From NCBI GenBank assembly GCA_944391495.1, contig CALXTU010000005.1:8565-72564 (forward strand): 64,000 nucleotides of DNA, read 5' to 3'. The position numbers were made by a program, and so were the translations under genes. Of this stretch, positions 32,062-40,930 are shown in pieces. The notes under the pieces are model-generated. The model was not told where the DNA came from. It did not search any database and worked only from the letters and a program-made list of their open reading frames with translations. How positions within the stretch are numbered: position 1 is the stretch's first letter; the number at the start of each line of letters is the position of its first letter. Source of the stretch: an uncultured Alphaproteobacteria bacterium. GTDB lineage: Bacteria; Pseudomonadota; Alphaproteobacteria; RF32; CAG-239.

Positions 32062-34329
32062 ATGGATGATTTTTTTACTTTGAGTGAAGAAGATTTAACG
32101 CCGCATTCCAATTCCGAACGGCTGATGCCGCATTTTGCCTGGCTTGAAATGCTAAATCCGGAACAGCGCCGGGCGGTTGAAACCACCGAAGGCCCGCTTT
32201 TGGTCCTATCCGGCGCCGGCACCGGCAAAACCAAAGTTCTGACCACCCGCCTGGCTTACATCTTATCCAGGCATCTGGCCGCGCCGTGGGAATGTCTGGT
32301 CGTCACTTTCACCAACCGTGCCGCCCGCGAGATGAAAGAACGCGTTTTCGGCATGATCGGCGATGTCGCATCCTCGGTCTGGCTCGGCACTTTTCACAGC
32401 ATCTGTGTCAAGATTCTGCGCGTTCATGCCGAGCTGGTCGGCCTGCATACCAATTTCACCATTCTGGGCGAAGACGACCAAAAACGCCTGCTGAAACAAA
32501 TTATGGAAGCCAACGGCATTGATGATAAAAAATATCCGCCGCAGTCGGTTTTGGAAAAAATCAGCCTCTGGAAAGACAAAGGCCTGACGGTCGATAAAAT
32601 CGGCGCCGATTTCAAAGACAATATCATGACCAAAATCTACAAACTCTACCAAACCCGACTGGTGGAACTTAACTGTGTCGACTTCGGCGACATCATTCTC
32701 TACACCTTGCAGATTTTACAAAGCAACAAAGACGTTCTTGAGCGCTACCAAAACCGCTTTAAATACATTATGGTTGACGAATATCAGGACACCAACGTCA
32801 GTCAGTACCTGCTCATCCGTCTGCTGAGTCAGAAATACCGCAACTTGTGTTGTGTCGGTGATGACGACCAATCAATTTATTCCTGGCGCGGCGCCGAGAT
32901 TGAAAATATCTTGCGTTTTAACAAAGATTTCAAAGACGCCCAAATCATCAGACTGGAACGCAACTACCGTTCAACCCAGCATATTCTGGCCGCCGCCTCG
33001 GCGCTGATATCCAATAATGCCGGCCGCCTCGGCAAAACTTTAAAAGTGGCCGAAAACTCGCCGGCGCGTCAGGTCGACAATACCAAAATCAAAGTCGTCA
33101 GCACTTATGACGGCGATGAAGAAGCCGCCTTTGTTGCCGAAGAAATCGACAATGCCCGCCGCGACGGCTATGCCTATTCCGATATGGCGGTTTTGGTGCG
33201 CACCGCCGCCCAAACCCGCGCATTTGAAGAAAAATTTATTTCCGAGGCCATTCCCTACCAGGTTATCGGCGGTCTCAAATTCTACGAGCGTGCCGAAATC
33301 CGCGATGCTCTGGCGTATTTTCGCGTCATTCTGCAGCCGGATGACGACCTTGCCCTGGAACGCATTATCAACAAACCGGCACGCGGCATCGGCGCCAAAA
33401 CGGTGGAAAAATTCCAGGCCGAAGCGCGAGCTCATCACATCTCGCTTTATGCCGCGGTTGAAAAAATGCTGGCCGAAGGTGCCGTCAAGGGCAAAGTAAA
33501 AACCGCCCTGCAGGAACTGATGGATCGTTTTGCCGAATGGCGCCGGGCTTATCCGGCTCTGCCGCCCGATGATATTGCCTCGTCCGTGCTGGAAGACAGC
33601 GGCTATTACGATATGCTTAAAAACGACTCTTCCGCCGAAGCTCCCGGCCGCATTGACAACTTAAAAGAATTAATCAACGTCATGAGCGACACCGAAGCTT
33701 ACCCTGATCTGCCGGCATTCATGGAGCACGTCAGCCTGGTAATGGACAACGACAACGACCAGAACGAAAATAAGGTGCGTCTGATTACACTGCACTCAGC
33801 CAAAGGACTGGAATTTGACGTTGTTTTTCTGCCCGGCTGGGAAGAAAACTTATTTCCGCATCAACGGGCATTGGACGAAGGTTCTCAAGCGCTGGAAGAA
33901 GAACGGCGGCTGGCCTATGTGGCCATCACCCGCGCCAAACACCGGCTGTTTATTTCCATGGCACACAACCGCCGCGTTTACGGTCAGTGGCAGACCAACC
34001 TGCCCTCGCGCTTTATTGACGAGCTGCCTGCCGAACATATTGAGCTGATCAACAAATGCTCCTATTTCGGCGACAACCGTTCGTCATACCGCCCGAATTA
34101 CAATCAAAAAAAATACTATAACAACAGCTACGAAGAAAGCGTTTCCGACGGCAGCGGCCGTTACAGTTATGTTCGCGAAAAACCGGTTAATAATCTGGGT
34201 AAACGGGTTTATCACCAGACTTTCGGCTACGGCAAAATCGTCGCCCAAGACGGCAACACCGTCCATGTATGTTTTGATACAGGCGGCATCAAAAAGCTGA
34301 TGAGCTCTTATCTGCAAATTGTCGGCTGA
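32062..34329 (+). CDS. uvrD: UvrD/PcrA DNA helicase
   Basis: GAGTGKT, DEYQD, NYRS, TLHSAKGLEF, EERRLAYVAITRA. Confidence 0.96.
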   Translation: MDDFFTLSEEDLTPHSNSERLMPHFAWLEMLNPEQRRAVETTEGPLLVLSGAGTGKTKVLTTRLAYILSRHLAAPWECLVVTFTNRAAREMKERVFGMIGDVASSVWLGTFHSICVKILRVHAELVGLHTNFTILGEDDQKRLLKQIMEANGIDDKKYPPQSVLEKISLWKDKGLTVDKIGADFKDNIMTKIYKLYQTRLVELNCVDFGDIILYTLQILQSNKDVLERYQNRFKYIMVDEYQDTNVSQYLLIRLLSQKYRNLCCVGDDDQSIYSWRGAEIENILRFNKDFKDAQIIRLERNYRSTQHILAAASALISNNAGRLGKTLKVAENSPARQVDNTKIKVVSTYDGDEEAAFVAEEIDNARRDGYAYSDMAVLVRTAAQTRAFEEKFISEAIPYQVIGGLKFYERAEIRDALAYFRVILQPDDDLALERIINKPARGIGAKTVEKFQAEARAHHISLYAAVEKMLAEGAVKGKVKTALQELMDRFAEWRRAYPALPPDDIASSVLEDSGYYDMLKNDSSAEAPGRIDNLKELINVMSDTEAYPDLPAFMEHVSLVMDNDNDQNENKVRLITLHSAKGLEFDVVFLPGWEENLFPHQRALDEGSQALEEERRLAYVAITRAKHRLFISMAHNRRVYGQWQTNLPSRFIDELPAEHIELINKCSYFGDNRSSYRPNYNQKKYYNNSYEESVSDGSGRYSYVREKPVNNLGKRVYHQTFGYGKIVAQDGNTVHVCFDTGGIKKLMSSYLQIVG

Positions 34330-34392
34330 GTAAATTCACTGATATCTGAAAACCCAAAAAAAGACACCGCATAAAGCGGTGCCTTTTTATTA

Positions 34393-34468
34393 TGGTAGCA
34401 GGTGAGGGATTCGAACCCACGACACAAGGATTATGATTCCTCTGCTCTACCGACTGAGCTAACCTGCC
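34393..34468 (-). tRNA. tRNA-Met (CAT, elongator type)
   Basis: Reverse complement GGCAGGTTAGCTCAGTCGGTAGAGCA-GAGGA ATCATAA TCCTT-GTGTCGTGGGTTCGAATCCCTCACCTGCTACCA. Confidence 0.93.
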
Positions 34469-34566
34469 GTCATAAATCGCTGTCTTTAATAATATGTATC
34501 CGCCGGTTTGTCAATAAATATTTTTTTACATCTGCAAAAATTATCATCTGCGACGGCAGATTTTTT

Positions 34567-34595
34567 TTGACAATCACACTTTTTATTAATACTAT
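34567..34595 (+). promoter_or_regulatory. Sigma70-like promoter TTGACA-17-TACTAT
   Basis: Perfect -35 and correct spacing, just upstream of the structured leader. Confidence 0.7.
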
Positions 34596-34597
34596 AA

Positions 34598-34800
34598 CTC
34601 CTGGATATAACACTATATCCAGGGCGTCATAACCCTTTTAGCGATAGTCGCACGTGCATAGCGACTTAAATATTATGCCGACTTCTGTTCAAGATGGACG
34701 GATGTCGGCGCAATAAGGCTTTACGCACGAAAACGTCGAGCCGTTTATCGCTATACGGTTATGAACATCCGCCCGCCTTTTACCAAAAAAGCGGGTATTT
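34598..34800 (+). ncRNA. Structured leader RNA resembling phage C4-type antisense/attenuator elements
   Basis: Hairpin CCTGGATATA/TATATCCAGG; pairings TCATAACC/GGTTATGA, TAGCGATA/TATCGCTA and GGACGGATGT/ACATCCGCCC; ends in a terminator-like hairpin. Confidence 0.5.
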
Positions 34801-34830
34801 TTTTAACTGTAACTTGAGGATGTTCAGCAA

Positions 34831-35418
34831 ATGAATAAAAAATTTATCGTTTTATCGGTCTTAACCTTAACGGCATGCGGCACGGTGTTTAACGGCTCCA
34901 GTCAATCAATTCACTTTGAATCCAACGTCAAAAATATTTCCATCTATGCCAACGGAGCGTTGGTTTGCAGTCAGACTCCCTGTCAGGCAGATATCGACAG
35001 GGGATCCGGTGCCTTGACAATCATTGCCAAGGCAGACGGTTATGAAGACAACATTCAGCAGATTAAAACCAAAATAAACACGACATCTTGGGGAAATCTG
35101 ATTTCCATTTACAGCTGGACAACCGATTTTGCCACCAGTTCCATGTGGAAATATTCGCAAGACGGGATCTACATCAACATGAAAAAGGCCAAAAGATCAA
35201 AATTGGCCGATACCGGCTTTATTAAAGCCTCAAAAATCAGGCATTTTGCCCTTCATAACTTCGCCGCTCTGAAAAGCGAGGCCTTATCCCCGGCTGCCGG
35301 AGAATATTTACGCACGCTCGGTACTCTGACTCAAAAAGACACTGCCGAACTGGCGGCTGTCATAAAACGTTCGCCGACGGAAGCGGCTCTGGCCAACAAC
35401 CTGACCGGCGTCAACTGA
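34831..35418 (+). CDS. PEGA-like lipoprotein
   Basis: Lipobox LTAC, GTVFNGSSQSIHFESN...I..NG...TPC, AKADGYE. Confidence 0.8.
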   Translation: MNKKFIVLSVLTLTACGTVFNGSSQSIHFESNVKNISIYANGALVCSQTPCQADIDRGSGALTIIAKADGYEDNIQQIKTKINTTSWGNLISIYSWTTDFATSSMWKYSQDGIYINMKKAKRSKLADTGFIKASKIRHFALHNFAALKSEALSPAAGEYLRTLGTLTQKDTAELAAVIKRSPTEAALANNLTGVN

Positions 35419-35549
35419 CCGGAAAATTATTGCTAATAACTATGGTATTAAAACCGGTATCTGCCGAGCCTTCCCCGGCTCGGCTTAATTTTTGTCTTTC
35501 ACACCCCCTAATAATTTACGATACATCTGACATTCAACAGAATTTCTGT

Positions 35550-36194
35550 TTAGAAGTCATTTTTATTTTTCAGCCCGTCATATCGCTTATGGATACATTC
35601 AATGGCTGTCTTATGCACCCCGGCGGTAATACTGTAATAAACGAACCTGCCGTCGCGCCGACAGGTTACAAACCCGTCATCACGCAAACGTTTAAGATAC
35701 TGCGAAGCCTTAAGCGGTTCACAGCCGACACCCGCGGCAATGTCCGAAACATTGCTCTCGCCGCGGATTATCAGGAATTCAAGAATTTTCATCTTGTCAT
35801 AATGAGCAAATAACTTAATCCGGTTAGCCACCATCGTGGTATAATCCCGCGGCAGGACAGCCTTGTACCCGTCCATCAAGAAATAAAAATTATTGGTCAT
35901 ATAACCGAACAGTTTGCGGATACAAAAAAAGATGCTTGCCGGATATTCTTCATAAATATTATAATAAATAAACAGCCCCCGCCGCTCGGTTTTAACCAAA
36001 TTGGCGCCACGCAGTTTTTTCAGGCTCTGCGATATAATAACCTGCTCTTCGCCGACGCCTTTAGCAATCGCCGAAACCGATGACGCGCCGTTGACGTCCA
36101 AAAACTCCAATATCCGCAGCCTTAAGGGATGAGCAATATAGCTTATCCCCCTGGCCGCTTTTTTCATAATTTCATCAGGCAGTGGTTGATCCAT
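35550..36194 (-). CDS. Tandem ArsR/SmtB double-HTH regulator
   Basis: Two copies of AH..R/K.KILEFL...G.S.VS.IA.GVG.E....SQ.LK.LR....V...R.G.F.YY.I. Confidence 0.85.
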   Translation of the reverse strand: MDQPLPDEIMKKAARGISYIAHPLRLRILEFLDVNGASSVSAIAKGVGEEQVIISQSLKKLRGANLVKTERRGLFIYYNIYEEYPASIFFCIRKLFGYMTNNFYFLMDGYKAVLPRDYTTMVANRIKLFAHYDKMKILEFLIIRGESNVSDIAAGVGCEPLKASQYLKRLRDDGFVTCRRDGRFVYYSITAGVHKTAIECIHKRYDGLKNKNDF

Positions 36195-36196
36195 GA

Positions 36197-36553
36197 TTAT
36201 TGTCCTGCTTCGGCGTACGGACGCGCATATTCGTCAAATTCGTCCTCATAGTCGCTGCTCCAGCCCATCAGATATTTATCGCCGAAAACAATCAACGGTG
36301 TCCCAACATTATTGCCGAGTTTAAATTTCTGCGCAGCCTTAACCAGCAGATCAAGCCCTTCCGGATTACCGACATTAACCATGGCCAACTCAAGCCGCGG
36401 ATATTTGGCATTAATGTATTCCAACGCATGATGGCAATGCGGACAGGTATTGCTGAAGAAGAAATAAATTTTATCTTCCGATAGACCGGCACCGGATTTT
36501 CCGCAGGCGGTCAAAGCCAAAATCACCACCAACGATGATAAAAATTTCCGCAT
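36197..36553 (-). CDS. Thioredoxin-fold lipoprotein with CPHC active site
   Basis: Lipobox LTAC, FFSNTCPHC, VGTP cis-Pro motif. Confidence 0.85.
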   Translation of the reverse strand: MRKFLSSLVVILALTACGKSGAGLSEDKIYFFFSNTCPHCHHALEYINAKYPRLELAMVNVGNPEGLDLLVKAAQKFKLGNNVGTPLIVFGDKYLMGWSSDYEDEFDEYARPYAEAGQ

Positions 36554-36554
36554 T

Positions 36555-37124
36555 TTACTTCTCCGAAAACTGATACAACGCTGCCGTATCGCCCAGGCCG
36601 GCAGGAGCCTGTCCGGATAACGGATAATAGTTAAAATAAACGCTCAAAAGCGCCAAAGCGGCAACCGGCAGCACAACCTTTTCAAACGGAAAATGCGCAT
36701 GCCCGCCGTTTTTTGCCTTCATCCACTGATAAAATTTGGAAACATAGATAAATGTTAATGCGCCCAAAACCGTACTGAACAACAGCGGGTCAAGATAAAA
36801 AATTCCGATAACCCGCGCCTGATAAGGAATCTCGACATACATACCGCCGATGACGGCAACCGACAACGCCATCAAAATAAAATCTCGACCGGCAAAATGC
36901 CAGTTTTTCTTATCAAACCACAAAATCAGCCAATAGCCCATCAAAGCCAGAAACGCTCCGGCCCATACACCGACCACGGCATCGTCAACCCCGTAGCGGC
37001 GAGCCACTTCCAAAGACGCCCCGACCGCAACCGTGCAGACAGCGCAGGCCGGATTGGCCAGAGCCTTGCCCGCTCCGCCCAAAACAAAAGCCGGTACGGC
37101 AAATATCTTAAGCAATTTATGCAT
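36555..37124 (-). CDS. Membrane protein with N-terminal CxxC (CAVC)
   Basis: Signal-like N-terminus, NPACAVCTVAVGA, 4-5 TMs, HFPFEKVV. Confidence 0.75.
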   Translation of the reverse strand: MHKLLKIFAVPAFVLGGAGKALANPACAVCTVAVGASLEVARRYGVDDAVVGVWAGAFLALMGYWLILWFDKKNWHFAGRDFILMALSVAVIGGMYVEIPYQARVIGIFYLDPLLFSTVLGALTFIYVSKFYQWMKAKNGGHAHFPFEKVVLPVAALALLSVYFNYYPLSGQAPAGLGDTAALYQFSEK

Positions 37125-37143
37125 TTGTACTATCCTTTCCGCT

Positions 37144-37731
37144 TTATTCAATACAACAATCAACCGCTTTGCGGACAAAAGCTTTCATTTTCCCGAGAGC
37201 TGTCGTCGGTTTCGGTGCTTCGTCATCTTTTTCTGCCGCAACCGGGACATCGTTTTTTTCCAGTTGAGCCGAAATCTTCTTAATATCTTCCAGATTGTCT
37301 TCAACCCACTTGACGTCGGCAACATCAAGCATCTTCATATTAAGCCCCCAAAACAGACAATATAAATCATAAGCCTGATCAAAGAGTTTATAAGCCGCCT
37401 CTTTATGTCCCAAAGACTGTTGCTTGGTACCAACCTCCATCAAACGCATTGACGACGCCAGCAAATGCTTGGATATACACCAGACCTCACCCTCGTATTC
37501 GGGAATAACGCGCTGCATCAGATTCTTACGCAGCTCGCGAATATCCTGAATCAAATCATAGAAAGAAGTCTTACCCGTCTTGGCGCCGGAAAAAACCAAA
37601 TGCTCTTCGATTGAAATCAAATTCATAATCGCAATCGTCAAATCCTGGTCCGAAGACAAATCTTTCGGATTAACTTTTTTGGTTGCGTCGATTCTCTCAA
37701 CAAACTCTTTAACATCTTTAGCTTTTTTCAT
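37144..37731 (-). CDS. Conserved hypothetical helical protein ending DCCIE
   Basis: DLTIAIMNLISIEEH, WCISKHLL; AGGAG RBS. Confidence 0.75.
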   Translation of the reverse strand: MKKAKDVKEFVERIDATKKVNPKDLSSDQDLTIAIMNLISIEEHLVFSGAKTGKTSFYDLIQDIRELRKNLMQRVIPEYEGEVWCISKHLLASSMRLMEVGTKQQSLGHKEAAYKLFDQAYDLYCLFWGLNMKMLDVADVKWVEDNLEDIKKISAQLEKNDVPVAAEKDDEAPKPTTALGKMKAFVRKAVDCCIE

Positions 37732-37882
37732 CTTTGACTCCTAAAAATATCTCAAAAACTATATATAGTAATAATTATATATATTAAACTTGTCAAGTGT
37801 CAACTATATAATTAAGTATTTTTTTCACAACAATCGCTTGACTTTAAGCTGAAAATATGTTTTTTGTTACACAACAATGCAA

Positions 37883-37959
37883 GGTCTCGTAGCTCAGCTG
37901 GATAGAGCAACAGCCTTCTAAGCTGTGGGTCAGAGGTTCGAATCCTCTCGAGATCGCCA
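37883..37959 (+). tRNA. tRNA-Arg (TCT)
   Basis: GGTCTCGTAGCTCAGCTGGATAGAGCA-ACAGC CTTCTAA GCTGT-GGGTCAGAGGTTCGAATCCTCTCGAGATCGCCA. Confidence 0.96.
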
Positions 37960-38199
37960 ATAAAAAAACACCGCCTCGCGCGGTGTTTTTTGTTGCGTTC
38001 GAGGGAGGATGAGAACCTCTTGGTTCGGAGCGGGTAGTTGGTGAGCACGAGTGTGGAGCGCAGCAAAACACGATGGGCGAACCTTACGACGCGAGGAGGA
38101 CCCGCTTGCGGGAGTGCCCAATCCTCTCGAGATCGCCAATAAAAAAACACCGCCTTGCGCGGTGTTTTTTGTTGCGTTCGAGGGAGGATGAGAACCTCT
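37941..38199 (+). repeat. tRNA-linked direct repeat (80 bp x2, period 179)
   Basis: 37941-38020 and 38120-38199 match at 79/80; each holds the tRNA 3' 19 nt plus a terminator. Confidence 0.92.
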
Positions 38200-38225
38200 G
38201 CTTTTCTCCTTTCCGTCAGATTATT

Positions 38226-38240
38226 TTAACCTAAAATTAA
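38226..38240. promoter_or_regulatory. CtrA-like box TTAA-N7-TTAA upstream of motA
   Basis: TTAA CCTAAAA TTAA; AT-rich context, so could be chance. Confidence 0.45.
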
Positions 38241-38295
38241 AATATAAAAACTATACTAAAAATCAGTATTGAATTTCACAGACAGGATGACACAA

Positions 38296-39069
38296 ATGGA
38301 AAAATCTACTTGGATTGGTTTTATTGGCGGTATTGCTGCAGTTGGTTTCGGTATGGCTCTCAAGGGTGCTGACCCTCATGCTTTGATCAACCCGGCTGCA
38401 TTTTTGATTATTTTTGCCGGTACCGCGGCGGCAATTTTTAATGCTTTTCCGATGCGGGAACTCAAAAAATTTCCCAAACTGCTCAAAATTATTTTTGCAG
38501 GACAAAATTTTACGCCGAAACAGGAAATTCTCGAACTTTTTGTTGCAACGGCTAAAGCTGCCAAACAAGAAGGCGTTATGGCTATTGAAAAAAAAGCTAA
38601 TGATGTGGCTGATCCGTTTATTCGTTCAGCCATGACCATGGTTGCCGACGGTTTTAACGGCGATTTCATTTACAATGTTATTGACGCCGAAATCAAACAA
38701 ATGGAAGAACGTCATCGCGCCGGTGCCCAAATCTTCGCTCAATGCGGTATGTACGCGCCGACCCTCGGCGTTCTGGGTGCGGTTATCGGCTTGATTGCTG
38801 CTCTGGGAAACCTGAGCGATATTGACCAGCTCGGCCACTCTATCGCCGCAGCGTTCGTTGCAACGCTCTTGGGTATTTTTACCGGTTATGTCTGCTGGCA
38901 CCCGTTTGCCAACAAGTTAAAACAACTCAATACTGAAGAAGTCAACATCAAACGCATGGTACTTGAAGGGGCTTTAGCCTTGCAAGAAGGCGCTTCTTCC
39001 ATTGCCATTGAATCTCGTCTGCAGGCATATATTCCGATGGCCGAGCGCAAATCAATGCGTGATGCTTAA
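38296..39069 (+). CDS. motA: Flagellar stator MotA (Bacillus-like)
   Basis: LINPAAFLIIFAGT, YAPTLGVLGAVIGLIAAL, AAFVATLLGIF.GY..WHPFANKLK. Confidence 0.93.
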   Translation: MEKSTWIGFIGGIAAVGFGMALKGADPHALINPAAFLIIFAGTAAAIFNAFPMRELKKFPKLLKIIFAGQNFTPKQEILELFVATAKAAKQEGVMAIEKKANDVADPFIRSAMTMVADGFNGDFIYNVIDAEIKQMEERHRAGAQIFAQCGMYAPTLGVLGAVIGLIAALGNLSDIDQLGHSIAAAFVATLLGIFTGYVCWHPFANKLKQLNTEEVNIKRMVLEGALALQEGASSIAIESRLQAYIPMAERKSMRDA

Positions 39070-39094
39070 AAACTAAATTCCGAGGATTAAGATA

Positions 39095-39757
39095 ATGGTA
39101 AAGAAAAAACCGACCCCGCCGCATCAAGAAGATCATCCCGATGAAACCTGGCTTATTCCTTATTCGGATTTGCTGACACTGCTGCTGGCTTTGTTCATCG
39201 TTTTGTTTGCTTCATCAAGTCTTGACAAAAACAAAGCGGCGCAAATTCAATACGCTTTGGCGGCGGCTTTCGGCAACGGCGGCCTTGAAGATGAAACTGG
39301 CAACATCACCAGTTTTATCAACGATGCCAAAGACATGAATCTGGAAGAAGAAGGTGTCATTATTTCTTCTGATGCCAACGGCGCAACTTTGGAAATGGCC
39401 TCGATTAACTTGTTCGACAAAGGTTCCGTCATTTTGAAACCGGAAGCTATTCCCGTCATCAAAAAAATCTCTTTGTTGCTCAACTCCAGTAAATACAAAA
39501 AATATCGTATCTCCGTTGAAGGTCATACAGACGACACCAACGAATCAGATACCCTGCCCTCCAACTGGGAACTTTCCGGCGCGCGCGCCGGTGCCGTCGT
39601 CCGGAGTATGATTGGCAATAATATGGACATCAATCGCTTTAAGGCCGTCGGCCTGGCTGAAATATCTCCGGCCTACCCCAACAAAAACCCCTATGGCGAA
39701 CCGATTCCCGAAAACCGTCTAAAAAACCGCCGGGTTATTGTCCGCATAGAATTTTAA
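39095..39757 (+). CDS. motB: Flagellar stator MotB
   Basis: DETWLIPYSDLLTLLLALFIVLFASS; OmpA-like EGHTD, SNWELS.ARA, NRRV. Confidence 0.93.
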   Translation: MVKKKPTPPHQEDHPDETWLIPYSDLLTLLLALFIVLFASSSLDKNKAAQIQYALAAAFGNGGLEDETGNITSFINDAKDMNLEEEGVIISSDANGATLEMASINLFDKGSVILKPEAIPVIKKISLLLNSSKYKKYRISVEGHTDDTNESDTLPSNWELSGARAGAVVRSMIGNNMDINRFKAVGLAEISPAYPNKNPYGEPIPENRLKNRRVIVRIEF

Positions 39758-39772
39758 GATAAGGAAATATCT

Positions 39773-40930
39773 ATGAAAACAGCAATTTGCCTGCATAATG
39801 CGACTGTCCTGACCGGATTTTCGATAATGCATAATTGCGCCGTTTACATAAAGAATGACAAAATCGCAGATGTTTATAATGAGGAAAGATTCCGGCAAAA
39901 AAGATTCTCGCCGAAAGTTCAAATTATTGACGTCGGCGGTGCCTATGTCATGCCTGGCATGATTGACACTCATATCCACGGCATCGGTGGTACTGGAGCC
40001 GATGATGCAAACAGCAAATCGATTCTGCATATGTCGGAAACACTTCCCGAATACGGAGTAACATCATTCATTCCGACCTGCTGCACCGCAACAGAACCGG
40101 AACTTTTAAAAAAGATAAAAGCCATCACTCAGTCCATAGGTAAAGAAAGAGGCGCCCATATTTTGGGCATTCATCTTGAAGGTCCCTTTCTGTCGCCGGA
40201 ACGCATCGGTGCCCAATCGGCAACCGGAATATCTCCGGTTGATTTACCCCTGATGCAACGCCTGTATAAAGCCTGCAAAGGCAAACTGATTAACATGACC
40301 GTGGCTCCCGAGCTCAAAGGTATGCGAGAGCTGGCTCTGTACTGCATAGAAAAAAATATTGTACTTCAGGCCGGCCACACCAATGCAACTTATGACCAAA
40401 TGATGGAAGGTCTGCAGGCGGGAATAATGCACGTCACCCACCTGTTTAATGCCATGCGACCGATGCATCACCGGGAACCGGGAGTGGTCGGCGCAGTGCT
40501 GATTCACCCGGAAATTTCCTGCGAAATCATCGGCGACGGCGTTCATATCAACCCGAATCTGATTCATCTGTTGTTAAAGAGCAAACCTTTAAGCCAGATT
40601 GTTTTAATTACCGATGCGCTGTATCCGGCCAAAACAGATTTATCCAAAACGCCGGATCTTTATCTGGACAAATGTTTTTACCGCAAAGAAGACCATGTCA
40701 TTAACGGATCGGCCATCTCCATGCTGGACGGCTTCCGCAATCTGATATCCTGGGGTATCCCGATTGAAAAAGCTGTACGTATGGCCTCAACCAATCCGGC
40801 CCAAATTATGCGTCAGAAGACCAAAGGACTGCTCATTCCGGGATATGATGCCGATGTCATTGTTCTGGACAAAGACCTTAATTTAATTTATACCATTATC
40901 GACGGACAATTTTTTAAAGGAAAAAAATAA
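39773..40930 (+). CDS. nagA: N-acetylglucosamine-6-phosphate deacetylase
   Basis: PGMIDTHIHG, HLEGPF, GHTNA, THLFNAM, DGVH. Confidence 0.95.
   Translation: MKTAICLHNATVLTGFSIMHNCAVYIKNDKIADVYNEERFRQKRFSPKVQIIDVGGAYVMPGMIDTHIHGIGGTGADDANSKSILHMSETLPEYGVTSFIPTCCTATEPELLKKIKAITQSIGKERGAHILGIHLEGPFLSPERIGAQSATGISPVDLPLMQRLYKACKGKLINMTVAPELKGMRELALYCIEKNIVLQAGHTNATYDQMMEGLQAGIMHVTHLFNAMRPMHHREPGVVGAVLIHPEISCEIIGDGVHINPNLIHLLLKSKPLSQIVLITDALYPAKTDLSKTPDLYLDKCFYRKEDHVINGSAISMLDGFRNLISWGIPIEKAVRMASTNPAQIMRQKTKGLLIPGYDADVIVLDKDLNLIYTIIDGQFFKGKK

Noticed and set aside
34620-34775. 6S RNA
   Set aside because: End-to-end pairing exists, but I see no recognisable 6S central bubble or the usual zapA/ygfA context; a C4-like leader fits better.
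37941-38199. attL/attR of a prophage or ICE
   Set aside because: Only 99 bp lie between the copies and there is no integrase; kept as a tRNA-linked repeat.
38296-39757. ZorAB anti-phage module
   Set aside because: MotA has no long ZorA tail, there is no zorC/D/E, and flagellar genes are present.
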